This document shows, one piece after another, positions 1-13,208 of a DNA stretch of 64,000 bases. Position 1 is the first letter of the stretch, and each line of letters opens with the position of its first letter. Source of the DNA: Geosiphon pyriformis uo1. Taxonomy: Eukaryota; Fungi; Glomeromycota. The notes under the pieces are model-generated. The model was not told where the DNA came from and did not search any database. It saw nothing but the letters and a program-made list of their open reading frames with translations. The stretch covers positions 1-64,000 of the forward strand of contig JAAOMT010000054.1 in NCBI GenBank assembly GCA_016748015.1. The letters run 5' to 3'. The position numbers were made by a program, and so were the translations under genes.

Positions 1-38
<38 letters not shown>
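1..38. repeat. poly(A) homopolymer at window start
   Basis: 38 consecutive A; may be a contig-edge or retro-tail remnant. Confidence 0.9.
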
Positions 39-40
<2 letters not shown>

Positions 41-466
41 CGATTAGATCTCTCACTTAATTTAATACTGAATGCACAACACTCTTATATTATAAAAAAT
101 ATTGAGATTAAACAAAACATAGTAAGAGTGGCACAAAAACGGTTGATTGTCAACAAGTCCCACACCCACAAACAAACAGTTATTCTTCGTCGGTTCCCAG
201 ACTGACTATTAATTAGATCGTTTATACAACATTTTTTAAAATCGCATAAAAGCAGCCCATCTCTGTCCAAAAATTTTTTTTCTCTGTTCAACGGCCTTTA
301 ACTATCGAAAGTTTTCTTTATCAAATAAAAAAACCATTGAAAGGAAATTTCTCTGAGAAATACTTTCGTTCAATAGGCTCTTTCCTCTATTCGACTTGCC
401 ACTGGTTTACTTTAAATTCCAGCTTGTTTTCATAACAGTCTATCAACTATTAGCTCAAATAAAAAT

Positions 467-2082
467 ATGAGCCAAGAAAATTTCAAGGACGACGATTTTT
501 TGGCAGCTAGCCTAGTTTCTACCTCACCCCAATTACAAAGAACTCGATCTCAGCAATATGAAGGTAAACTTTGTTCTATTGTTTTATTTCTACCCAGGAC
601 GCGACCTTGAAAACTCCACGGTCTTGAAAAGTTTCTTCTTATTTATGACACATAAATATCAATTTTCGAATATTCACTTCATAAACCGGGAATTCTAACA
701 ACTATCATTTTGAAATTCGATCAAACTTATAGTACCCGTAACAAGTACTCCAGCCAACTTCAATTATGACGCAAATGATTTTTCCGATTTTCTCGGCCCT
801 TTTGGTCACCTGAATGAAGGAGGTTACGAGCAGCTTGATTCAGCTCAACGTTTCTATCTCACTTCCCCTGTCCTTTCAAAGTCTGCGGGTCACGCGTCCG
901 TTGTAGAGGAGTCGAATGAATATTTTGTCGATTCGACAAATGTTTCGACACCTGAGCAATACGATGAGGCTGTCTCCAGTCCAGAAACGAACGTTTACGT
1001 ATATACACCACCTTCATCATCGACACAAGAGCACCAATCTCAACAAAATGTCGATGACACTCCCCACCAACAACAAGAGCAACTAATTTCTGGCGAGACT
1101 CAAGAGCGTCACCAACAGCAGGAGCAACAGGAGTCAATTTATTCACCTGTCATGATGTTGCAATTTCAGCAAAACCAACCAATCTATTTCGGTGACAGTC
1201 AGGATCACTTAGAATTACAACAGCAGCAACAGCAAGATGATTTACAACGAAAACTTGATGGCCAAGAACTTTCTAGTATAACAATGGCACAATTGAGTGA
1301 TGATCTTCCTTCACTTCCGTCAGCTGATACTTCGGTTCCACATGAAAAAGGGATAAGAAAACGGAAAGCCTCTGAGGTAGAAGGTGACGAAATCTCGGGG
1401 CGAAATTCAAAGGTGGTAAAATTAGAACAGAATCGAGCAGCAGGTATATATCTTTTGAACTTGAAACTATTTATTTGTTATTTACATTCATAAACAGTAA
1501 TCTTGAAATATTTATATTAATCGGACTTTCAATTTATTGATCAAATTTTTAGCAAAAAAGTCGCGCGAGAAGAAAAAGCATCATATTGAACAGTTGGTGC
1601 AGAAGGCTGAGGACCTGGAAGGGCGAAATACCAGGCTCAAAGCTGATTATTCCTCGCTGAAGGAGGAAATCTCAAACCTGAAGCTTCAGCTATTAACCCA
1701 AAATCAGTGTGGTTGCGGACTTAACTTGGCCCGGGAATATCTTCAACAGCGCGGCCTTCCAATGTTTGCTCCAGTGTCCAATCTTGCTGGCACCGGAACA
1801 CCAGTAATGCCAACTTCGACCTTGGTTAACGTTCCGAGGTCTGTGGATATTTCAAGTCCTTTGGTAGGGGACCTATTCCTAGAGGATGAAAACTCTCTGG
1901 AGGAGATTGTCGACGATTTTTTAGGTTACATCCCTTCATCTCCCCCTAATGATGCCCAAGGCATTAATAATGCTCACTTGTGCACACCGCAAATGCCTGG
2001 TACAACAAGACAACCAACCTCTGGTATGTTCCTACAGTCCAATAGCAATCCGTTCTGGGCTCCCTTCAGCGGCCAATATTGA
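467..2082 (+). CDS. bZIP transcription factor (ATF/CREB-like), 3 exons: 467-563, 733-1443, 1553-2082
   Basis: GT-AG introns join in frame to give KLEQNRAAAKKSREKKKHHIEQL..L..RN..L......L......LKLQLL (basic region plus leucine zipper), followed by QCGC. The N-terminus is Q/S/acidic-rich. Confidence 0.88.
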
Positions 2083-2960
2083 AGCAGAACCTGTACAAAA
2101 AAAAAAGGACTTTGTGTAAATAATTAATCACTACATGCATTATTGGGAACAACTTTTCGCCAAAAAAGCAAGGATGAGAGATTTAAAATTAGGTATGGCA
2201 TCAAATAAAGTCCCGATTTCGGGCAAATCGGACTTTCAGAAAATTATGGACAATTGAGTGCAATGTAAATAATAGAAAGGTAGAATCTCTCATCCTTTCT
2301 TCCAATTACTTGCTAAGCTTTGAACAATTTTAATAGTTTATATTCAAATAATGTTTTGCTCTGAGTTTGCGGGCCCATATTATAAACATTATAATCAGTA
2401 GTAATATAGGATCACATAAATTTATCAGATATCTTGATTTTGCAAACTCCCCTTCCTCCATAAGCCATTAGCAAAATATAAGGAACGTAATATGACTAGT
2501 TTGGCAAAGGTTCTCCCAAGCCTTGTACATACAGAATAGCATTTAATATATTATTAGGAAGAAATGAACAGAACACAATATGGTGCAAGGCGAGGAAGAT
2601 TTTTTTCATCTTGTACGAAAAACTTTTTAAAAAAAAATCATGAGTAGTTATGACTTCGAAAAAAAATTAAAGATAAAACTTCGAACGTAATCCTCGAAAG
2701 TTTTAACTTTCGAGGAAATATTTTGAAGTTTACAATGTTACCTTTACCTGTGGAAAATAAAAGATTTGATTATTATATTTTGTATCATCACAACTTAGCC
2801 AATATAATAAAAATGTTGACTTTAAAAATGATTTTTCCTCTTGATAATTTTTCCGCTATCTAATATTTGTATTGACTTTATAAGGTTTTAAACTGTGAGT
2901 AACAAGACATTCTCCGAGCACTGCAAAAAATTTTGCTTCAAACCTCGAAATCTTCTTTGA

Positions 2961-5900
2961 CTATGTACATTTGTCTTGGGTCCCATTGAATGAATTGTGG
3001 GCAAATTTCGATCTTCCAATATTTTCCTGATATTTTCCATAAAACAAATGCTATATGAAATGTATTTATAAACAGCAAAAGAAATAATACACAGAAATGT
3101 ATAAGCTCACTTTAACAATCCTCGCAAGGACCTTTTCGGTAATACCTGCATGCCGTAGATTCGATAACTGTTTAATAAAAAACAATTTAATCATATTACT
3201 TTTACAAACTTTGATGTAAGGCCAACGACAAGCTACCTCATCTATCGGACCGTTTTGTTTAATAAATTCCAAAATGGTCTCAGCCCTTTTTGGTCCAATT
3301 CCTTTCAAACCCCTAATTTGCCTCAACGCCCCTGTGTTAATAATAGTCACTATCGCAGATTCGCTTAAGTCTGAATTTTCATCCTTTGCCGCCTCAATTA
3401 ACTGTCGATCCTGACGACATTTAACCCAGACAGACCGGGGAATTGGAGATGCTAAAGATCGCGGAACTGGAATTGCCAATGGTTTTGCATTCGATGAAGT
3501 TGAACAAGCTTGCGATACTGACGCAGTATCAGACATTTGGTCGTCTTGTCTTTGTTCTATTGTAGTTGTATCACCCTGTGTTTTACGCTTCTTTGTTTTA
3601 AGCTGTTTTCCATTTATAATAGCCTCTTTAATGGTATTAATTTTCTTTACCAGATGAAGGTTATCGGGTATGTAAGCGAACGCTGATTAATATCAATGAA
3701 ATGAAACCATGTTCAATAGGTCATTAATTAGCAAGTTGTTTAGTTTTGAAAAGCACAGATAAAACTATTTTGGACACCTGTCTGATAACTCTCAAGCGCA
3801 TCCTCTAATTCGTTTTGGGTCTCGTGGGCTTTTGCAAGAGCTACGAGGGCCCGCGCAGTTTTCGTCTTTGTCTCTGGGGTTAACAGATTAGCGAGTTGAG
3901 GGTCTTTTTTCGTTTCGCTAAAATCAAAAAATTTATGAAATGAAATATTCAAACTTCAAGATATAGTCATAAAAAACTTACAGCTTCTGCTCCAAGACTT
4001 TAATTCTTTGATTTAAATTTTCATTTTGTTTGTGCACTATTGGACTGAGAGAAGTAATAAAAGTCAAAAGGATAGCTTGTGGTAACTCGGGTCCTTATTT
4101 AGAGAGGGCAGATCTAAATTAGGTGAATACCTAAGCATTTGTTGCTTGACCTCTTTGAACTTGTTTTCCAATCTTTGATCCAGATTATGACGAATTTTTT
4201 CCTCTATGTCTTGAATTTGTTTTTCGGACAAAGGAACTCTTTGATGGTACGATAGTTCTTCTGTCTTATAATTTGCATTATTCCAAGAACTATTCATTGA
4301 CATAAGAACGCTATCACTTAATCTCTCAGTTTTCGATGAATTTGAATTGCTATTCTTTGTATCGGTTGGGTCACTAAGCCTTTGACGTTTGGGTTTTGGC
4401 TCGTCTTTACTTTTCATTGGAAACCGAGTTATGCCGAGTTGAAACTTTGGCGGCAATGGTGGACCTAAGGAAACGTGGAATGATTAGAGCCTCGAATCTG
4501 TTTGTAAAATTTTTTTATACATGTCTCTTACGGGAGTTATAGTTGACTTGGGGTTTGTTTTCAATTTCTTTTGTCCGCTTAGCAAAATTTAAGGTGCTAT
4601 TACCCATATAAAAGTGATCAATGGATATTGGAGTTGGTACGATGAGAAAACATAAATTTAAAAGACTTACTTGTACGTATCCATATAGAAAGACTGTTAA
4701 GAGAATGTAAATAAGATTAATGAGATTTGTGATTACCAAAAAGTCGACTAGGATACGACGAATACCTGGCCCGGTGATATATTTATTATAATCATGCTAA
4801 GGCTTCGCCCTCCAAGAGAGTCCTAGAATTTGAGAAAAATTGGATACAGAATCTGATCTGATTTATGTAAGGATTTTGAGAAGCGTACTTGCAATATTCT
4901 TGTCAATTTGGAATCTCGATATGGAATCCGTGACTAAATTGACCCAGAAAATTTTTTAGGAAGCTAGATTCGAGTAATTAAAGACTCAGGAACACAAGAC
5001 TTACCAAACCCTGGTTCAAGGCTTCGACAACTTGGTTCAAAGCAAAAAGGCTTTTATTGATGGCACCGCTTTCGGCAATCCGCTCTTTGCCATTTTCGGT
5101 CCGGCGATTGTCTTCTGAACCTGCTAAATCAATTAAGTGAACTTTACCAACCGTTATCTCATCAGTATCGCTATTCCGACAAGACACCTATCATTGTGTA
5201 ATTTCATTTTAGTATTGTATTTTAAATTGTATATTTCACAAGACATACATAAATGCACATATCAGCATGTGATCGGCTCGACAAAACGTTAAGCCTGGTT
5301 GCTGCTGTGGAGCGGTTTTTACAGGCAGCGCTATAAAGTGGAAATTAAAATAGATGAAAAAAGAGGACTAATACAGAAAGAAAATTGAGCTTTTATACCT
5401 GTATGTCCTCAAGAATTCATCATAAGAGTTGATTTTTTTCTTTTGAATTATTAATTAAATATCAGGAAAATAATTATTAAAAAGTAAAAACTGTCCGTGC
5501 AAATGAAATACCTCGGTGATATTCGGAAGAAAAATATTTTTATGAGAATCCTCACGAATGGACAAGCCTCCTGTGGGTGCCTAGCATTTCAATGTTATGT
5601 GAACAAAAAAAAATGTAAATTGTTTATGGAAATAGGATTACGCGTTAAAATGTACATTCAGCTTACCATTTCTCTCGGGATTAGTAAATCATATATAATT
5701 TCTTTGTATATTTCTATATATGAAAGGCTGTACTCCAAAATCATTTTTGATTTCGCTTTGATTTTGAACAAGGTTTGAACGGTTCGGGGAATTATTCCTG
5801 GTTCTGAGGAAGTACCTTGCATTGTGAATGTTTTACCTAAAAATTAGATTAATTTGGTAAACAAATCTAAGAAACCATTGGACAAACGATTTTGACTCCA

Positions 5901-6471
5901 CCCTCACAATATCCTTTCACATAGTCAGGTCTGAAAAAAATCCCTTGACTAAAATCGCCAAATTACTCGATTCTTTTTATAAAAATTTTGCAAGGATTAC
6001 TAAAGACGTTGGAATTCCAGAAACTACCTGATCCAGTCACACCATAGGCAAATATTGTGGTATTCTAATGCAATTGAGAGAATTTTTTAAAATCAAGCTT
6101 TAAAATTATTCATGTTAAAAATTGAGATACATGCCATTCCTCTAAACACCGAATTAAGCATGGGCCTAACGTCAGCATCAAATATATCAGCTTGTGTAGA
6201 AGCCGGACCATAGCAAGAATTAAAACTGCGAAAGTAAGGAAAGGCTTAGTAATAAAAATTTCTTTACTGAATATTCAAAGTTGATTTAGAAAAACCTGTA
6301 AATCAAATCCTCTGAAGTATTTCTTTGATTGGTAATCTTGATTGTGTTTTTATAAACCCTCACTGCATCGTCGGACAATTCCTCTTCAAGAAAAGGCCTT
6401 ACTCGACAGATGACCTTTACTTTTTGTTGTGAGGGAGTTTTCTCCCCTCTTTTACCCCCCGGTGAATTCAT
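2961..6471 (-). CDS. KIF22: Kinesin-10 family chromokinesin (KIF22/Kid-like), multi-exon, N-terminal motor and C-terminal helix-hairpin-helix DNA-binding domain
   Basis: Motor motifs [23 protein letters not shown] (P-loop split by an intron), [46 protein letters not shown]. HhH motif [12 protein letters not shown]. Last exon 2961-3026 ends in TAG. Confidence 0.9.
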
Positions 6472-6540
6472 AGGTTGATTCTTCCCAAGATCGACGAAGT
6501 TCGGTTAGTAAGAGACTTTATGACAATTGAAGTTTGTTGA

Positions 6541-6591
6541 TTTTACGCGACTGATAACTCTGATTTTCACGCGCTTGCTTTTCTAACCAAT
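6541..6591 (-). promoter_or_regulatory. Candidate cell-cycle promoter elements (two ACGCG MCB/E2F-like cores and CCAAT) upstream of the kinesin
   Basis: TTTTACGCGA at 6541-6550, TTTTCACGCGC at 6564-6574 and CCAAT at 6587-6591, 70-120 bp upstream of the ATG. Confidence 0.35.
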
Positions 6592-6799
6592 AAGTTTATT
6601 CGAATCAAAAATAATATTTGCTTTAAAATTTTGACATATATGTTTTAACTTGACAAAAACAATATTAATTTTATTTATTTAACTGCATTTACAACGTGTA
6701 ATTCAACCACTATCTACAAGAAATATTATATAACAAAAGTAGCTTATGTGCTTTTTACATGTGACCAGTCATTTGGACCAGCCAAATTATTAATCAAAC

Positions 6800-7585
6800 T
6801 AGATGCAATTTTATTAAAAACTTGCAAAACTAACATAAATACTTTTAAATCTATCCATATTATTCTTTTACATTTTTTAAGTTTATTAATTTTTTATTGT
6901 TAAAATTAAACCAATAATGATATAAAATTAACCATTTTATTTTTAGATAGTGATAATTTATATAAATTATGCTTTTTTTAACCAAAAAAATATATTATTA
7001 TTTATAAAATCAATTTTTAATACTTTTATATCTTTAAGTATTTAATATTTATAAATTGAAATTTATTTATTGGTTTATATTTTTCTTAATTTATATTGTT
7101 AAAATTAATCTAAAAAACAAAAAACTAGTTTTTGTAATTTTTTAAATAATATTTGTTAATAATAATTACAAATTAATTATTTATATTTAAATTTTTAAAA
7201 AAAATAATTGTAAATTTTTATTTATTTATTTAACAAATAAAATTCAAATATTATTTATTATAATACAATATATAATATTTTAAAATAAATATAATTTATG
7301 TATTTTTTACATATAATTAACTACTTGATTAATTAAGACTAAATTATTAAAAAAATCAAAATTATTAATTAAACTTATTATTTTAATATATTTAAATAAA
7401 ATTATTACTAAAACAATATTTTATAAAATAATAAATAAAAATTAAATAAGTTAATAAAAATTCTAAAAAACAAAAGAAGAAAAACAGCTCAAAATATTAA
7501 ATAATTACAAATACAACTAAAATTAGATTATATTAAAACTAAAAAACAGTAAAGTAAAAAATTTAATTTTAAATAGAATAAAACA
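6800..7585. other. Extremely AT-rich, fully decayed border of the TE island
   Basis: Almost only A/T, no CpG, no recognisable ORF. Confidence 0.7.
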
Positions 7586-10500
7586 TTTTATTTTTTTTTA
7601 TTAGCAATTTATAAATATAACCCAACTATTATTTAATATATAAAAGCATAAAAAAAATCCAACTAAATATAACTTATACACTTACTACATGTAATTAATT
7701 ATTCATGCCAATTAAGACAATACTACATACTTATATACATATTTATACTATTATCTATACTTAAAAAGAAAGAACAAGCTCTTTACAAACCAAAACTAAC
7801 AGCAAAAGATTTAAAAATGCCAAGTAAATAGATAACACCAACAAAAAAAAAGCATGACATATCATCAAAAACTGCAAAAACTAAACTATTGTTATCAATC
7901 AGACCATTCTTCTCTATATTTATTCTGAATTTTGCTTTTAATAATCACAACTTACTTCAATGTTTTTCAGCCAAACCATACATAAAATTTATTACCAATT
8001 TGACTGTTTTTTTTTTATCTTTAAAAATCAAAGCTATTTTATTAATCCAATTTCTAAACACAAAATTATTGCACAAAATTATATAAAAATTAACATTCAA
8101 AATTCCAGAAAAGAGTGTATGTAACACCACAAAAGAAGACAGAAAATAACTAGCCACCAATAATTTCCATAAATTTATATAGCTTATCAAGATTTAAGAA
8201 TACACATTAGTGTTTCTTAAATAAATAAAAGCATAATTTAGAAATTTGACATTACTATATAATAAACACAAAATATTCAGATAATCTTTATTATAAAGTT
8301 TTTTTCTAACTGCAGTTGACAGTCTCTTATAAATAGTTTTTATCAAATATATATGAATAGCAGCAGAGACTTTGCTAATAAAACCTAATAGCATATAAAA
8401 ATTTGGATACTATATTACAGTAGTACTATTTTAGTCTATATTCTTAATTAATAACTTCTGAATTATACATGTACTATGACCAGCTTTCTATTGGATATAA
8501 CAAACAAACCAAAAAATATCCTAAACAAAGTGGCAAAAATTCTTTAATATAACTCTACCATTGGCTATAATAAACTTTTTATAAATCTCTACAGAAAAAA
8601 CAAAGCCAGATTGAACTGTTCTACATGCAAAAACATTAGTTCTTTCATTACTAATGTCTCCAGAATAATCTTTAATTTTTATTCACCTTATAAAAATATC
8701 TTTAAATCTTATTAAATTGATTATATAATGTCTTTCTATTCAGCATCTGTTTTAAAAGTCTGGTCAATAAAGTGAGAGCTCTAAATAACAAGCATCTAAA
8801 GCAGCTTGACTGTTTATGTACACTATTATTAAACAAGATAATAGAATACATTCCAAAGCCAAAGCAACTGTTTAAAGCTCAATCAATATAAATAAAAACA
8901 GCTTATGCATTTTAACACTAATACCAACTCCAATGTCAAAAAAATAAGTCACTACTCTATCAGTAACTTTTGTTGTACCAAATAGCCTCAGAAAATCATT
9001 TGTATATATATTAAATTTGTTAGCTTATAATTTATGCAAACTATTCTAAACAGCTAAAAAGCCATTTAAACAAAAAAAGTTTGAGCAATTAAATATGCCA
9101 CTGCTTCTACTAAATCCAACTGAGTTTCTATTTAAGTAAAACAACACCTTTTTAAATTATAACAATATTAAACTCTTAGGACTTAATTTTTTCCAATAAC
9201 AAAAAGTGCTTCAATTCATCAATAACTCTTGTTTATTTAACAATTTGTTATCAAAAACAACACTAAAATACTTTAATGAATATCTTAAAATAAATAGAAT
9301 TTCTTAAGATTAAAGACATTAAAAATTGGCAAAAATCACGAAATGCATTAGGTAAGTTGTTAGACAAAAAAATCTTATTATCCAAAAACAATTTTACAAT
9401 ATCAGCCAAAAAGTTATTTACAGAACTGACTTTTAATCTAACAAAATATTACAAAAGATTCAAAAAAGCCCAACCCAAGATTTGCAAGTTTAAAAAGCAA
9501 TGCTCAAACAATTATCCAAGAATTTTGGATGTATTAAAGAACATAATTAAAAAAGAGATCTTGTTTTTTACTTACAACTGCTCAAATAATTTGAAACTAT
9601 AAAAAAAAAATAATGTAAAGTTTCAGTCAAAAAATCACTTGGCAGATTGGCCTTAAATCTTAACTCTTTCCTTAGCAAAACATCTTATCTTTAACATACA
9701 GTCTTAGAAATAAAACTAAATTGTATATAGTAGTTAACTATAGGCTGTAAGATTGCCAAAATCAAATATGCAAATTGTTTATTTGACAATGCCTTCCTGA
9801 AAACTAAGTTGGAAAAAAATTTAATATTAAATTGAGTTTTGGCAAGACTGGATTTGGACAAACTATCTGTTAACAAATAGATTTCCAAATACTTATAATG
9901 TTTATTATGTTTGACTATAGAAATTGGCTGACTACAAATTCACAAAAATACAACTCTAATCTTTTGATTAATTGAAATTATTATTATTAATGGAAATGTT
10001 ATTTAATTCAAAAAACTTACTAGCTATGTTTAAGATGTATTGAGTCAAACCTTGACTATTTTCGACTTAAATTGTATTATTAACAAATATATCTGCTATA
10101 AAAAAAGAAGATTTACTCTTATTGGTCTTTAACTTGTCTGTTTTTGTCACAAAATTCATATTAATTTTGTACTCACACAAATGCTCTTGCCTTTTAACCT
10201 TACACAACAAGAGATTATAAAAAATTTTCTACAAGAAAAATGAAAACACTTTATTTTAATCCAGCTTATCTATAATTATGTAATCATTTAAAAGACTAAA
10301 GTTAGTTATTATTTTGTTAATTCTATCCATGTATATATTTCCAAAATATTTTATAAATTTGCTATATATCTTAATATGCTTTAAACTAGTTTTAAGATAA
10401 TGCCACCCAATTGAATTATAAGTTTTACACATATTCTGAAAAACCAGCCAAACTTAACAGTCTTTTTTTAAAGCATTTTTTATTATAAAGCCAACAACAA

Positions 10501-10966
10501 AAATGGGAAAATAAGTCAAAGTATTTTTCAAAATAGAAAAGTTGTTATCATAAAACACATCATATCTGCTACAAGCAGACGAAATTCAGTCTAATAAAAT
10601 CTTCAACAGAATTTTTTTAGCTGTTTTAATTAGAACAATAGATTATGTATTTGTTAAGACACTATTCTACTCATATGGTTTGAGGATTATTGAAATCTAC
10701 ACTTTCTTTCAAAGAACAAAAATCTTTTTAAGAGACAAACAAGAGTTTAGCAAACTTAGTAAGCATCCAAGTATTATTTTGTCATAATGTTTCCATAATT
10801 TATTTAATATACCAAACAAACCAGCAGCTTTACTATTAAACAAGCCACTAATAACTTGAACCAACTTGTTTATACTAATCATATCTATCATACCAGAAAA
10901 AGCATTTTTATTAACATAACTTAGTAGTGTATATTAACAAAACCATACAGTAGAAAGCATTGATGT

Positions 10967-12024
10967 TGTTATGGGTAAACTTGATAAGGTATAGTGATAA
11001 TATTTGGTGCTTTAATTTGAATGATAAAGGCTCTAAATAATCTTTGCAGTATAACTGGTTTTTGTTATCAGTCTTTGAAAGTTTTTCTTTGAATATGTAT
11101 TTATCTGTAGAGTTTTTTAGTTATAAAACACAGAGAGATGTTTCACAGTATTGCAACTTCTTCTATGTAAATGTAAGCTATTTTTTCTAAGCTAACAAGC
11201 ACAATTGTTAGAGTTTGGTAATGTCTTTTCACCTTTCTGGTAAGCTACCAAAATAATGTTAATATCTAAATTTAAGGAAAGTTTCCTTTTTTTACCAAAC
11301 TATTATGAAGTCTATTTCCAGACAGTTGATTTTCCTATGTTGCTATTTTACAGAAGAGAATAAATAAAATAAAATAAAAATAAAATAAAATAAAATAAAA
11401 ATAAAATAAAATAAAATAAAAATAAAATAAAATAAATTAGTATTATTAATTGTTATAATCAAAAGCAATTAGTCCAAGTTGTTAATAGTTTGAAGCATTT
11501 ATACTAAGAGCATCTGGCTAAAAACAAAGGTAAAAACAAGATTAATTTAGCTAAAACATATAAATACAAAAATCATATAGACATAAATTTTGAATTTGTT
11601 TAATATTTTCTTTATTTTAGTAAAATAAGATATAAGTAAAACCAAGGAATATGTAATAAATACAAATAGAAGGAAGTTAATTCTTTTTTTGCTATCTTTC
11701 TAACTTTTACAACTACTTGTTTTTATATATTTTTTGTTCTATAGAATTGCTTTTTAATTGTTTCATTTTTGCTAGTTATTGCTTTACTATTTCTGTTATT
11801 ACTTTGTTTTTTTTATATTATTACTAGTTATTTTGTGCTATAATATATTATTAAGTTTAGTATTATGTTATTCTAAGTTATTATATATTATTCTGTGTTC
11901 TTTTACATTATCCTGTATTATTTTATATTATCATATTTTTGGTCACATTTTTTTTATAACTTTGGATTGGTTTTTCTATTTGGATAACAATATTACTCTA
12001 TATTTTCTTGTTCAATTCACTATA
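10967..12024 (-). mobile_element. Solo-LTR-like insertion, distantly related to the family A LTR, inside LINE1
   Basis: LINE reading frame breaks at both ends. The TGTTAT..(decayed)ATA termini and internal blocks (AGCTTACCAGAA, ATAATACTAAT + T-rich tract) are shared with LTR-A. No clear TSD. Confidence 0.55.
11359..11436. repeat. (AAAAT)n microsatellite within the solo LTR
   Basis: About 15 tandem AAAAT/AAAAAT units. Confidence 0.9.
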
Positions 12025-13208
12025 ATTTTATCCACTCTAAGCTTTACTTCATTTGGCTCCAAAACTGACTTATTACCAATTAACAAATAATCCAAAATAA
12101 CTTTACAAAATGGCTGTTTTAAAACAGTTTTTATTATGCTACCTTTGTTTGAACTAAAATTGTTCATTCTTTTTTCAATTATCTTTTTGATAGTTGTGTT
12201 TTCAGTTGTTTTAGATTCATAATATTTTGATTTTCTGTAGTTTTTTCTAATAACTGCTTTAATACTTTATTTATATTCTTAATATTATAAACCAAAATGT
12301 CTATTTTAGAAGCTTTTTTGTTATTAAAAGTAGACTATATCTTGATAAAACAATCATACTCTAACTTATAACCTGTATTTACTTTCTTTACAATTTTTGA
12401 GACCAATAACTTTAAGTTGTAAAACTTTAAAGATTAATCATTTTTTGTACACTTAAACTTATTGAATCAGTGTTTAGAAAAAATCTTATTTGCTAAACTA
12501 ATCATTACTTTTTCAAAACATCTTACATAACATTCAAATTGCCAAAATTATTTGTACTATTGAAATCATTTACAACTTTTAGCAGACTGGTAGAAACACA
12601 CTCTTAAAAACTAATCTATTTAACAACATTCATATCTTTAATTCTAAACTTTTAACAGTTTTTATTAGCTTGCTTACAAATTGCAAGCAGATATTTGTTT
12701 AATAGACCACTCAAACTAAAAAAAACTATAACAGTTTTGTGATCAGTGTCAAAAAACTCAGACATACTATTAACTTTCTGAACTATTACAAAGAATAAAA
12801 GATAGTTACTAATAAAAATATAGTCAATAACTTTTTCTATACTCTGTGAATTGAATTATATTAAAAGCTTGAAAGCTATTCTACTCAAAAAAAAGTTGCA
12901 CAAACTCAGATTAAAACATTTCTTAAAACTTACATTGCATTTTTTTTTGTTTTCATTGAAATTATCATTTAACACAACATGAAAACTTAAGTTAATCATT
13001 TTGACAACAAAAAAATTCATCTTATTGGCTTGATTAAACCACATATTAGCCAAAACACCAGCATATAAACTTATTAGCATAACCAAATATCTACTGCTGA
13101 ACAGAAAACATATCAAAATAAGATAATCTAAGATTTTAGAGACTTTATATACATGTTAAGTCAAAGAATCATTTATTACAATCACTACTCCAGTACTTAT
13201 ATACTTAG

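Larger units (their letters stand above)
7586..13208 (-). mobile_element. Degenerate non-LTR retrotransposon LINE1 (APE endonuclease-RT-RNase H-Cys/His tail), 5' part missing, interrupted by a solo LTR
   Basis: Reverse-complement homologue of 52699-57322. Remnants DTDH (endonuclease), LSKSSLAK (RT), AVRKKLY..YLNILC (C-terminal zinc motif), shared 3' UTR, and A-tail seen as a T-run at ~7586-7600. Confidence 0.8.

Noticed and set aside
1-38. Telomere or functional element
   Set aside because: Plain homopolymer with no telomeric repeat; upstream context unavailable
2060-2095. Ire1-type unconventional intron in the bZIP (HAC1 hypothesis)
   Set aside because: Only one CNG-CNG-like site; no paired site or double hairpin found
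7889-13116. Many short ORF-track calls rich in K/I/N/L/F across the island
   Set aside because: Fragments or antisense shadows of hypermutated TE frames, or chance ORFs in AT-rich DNA; not genes
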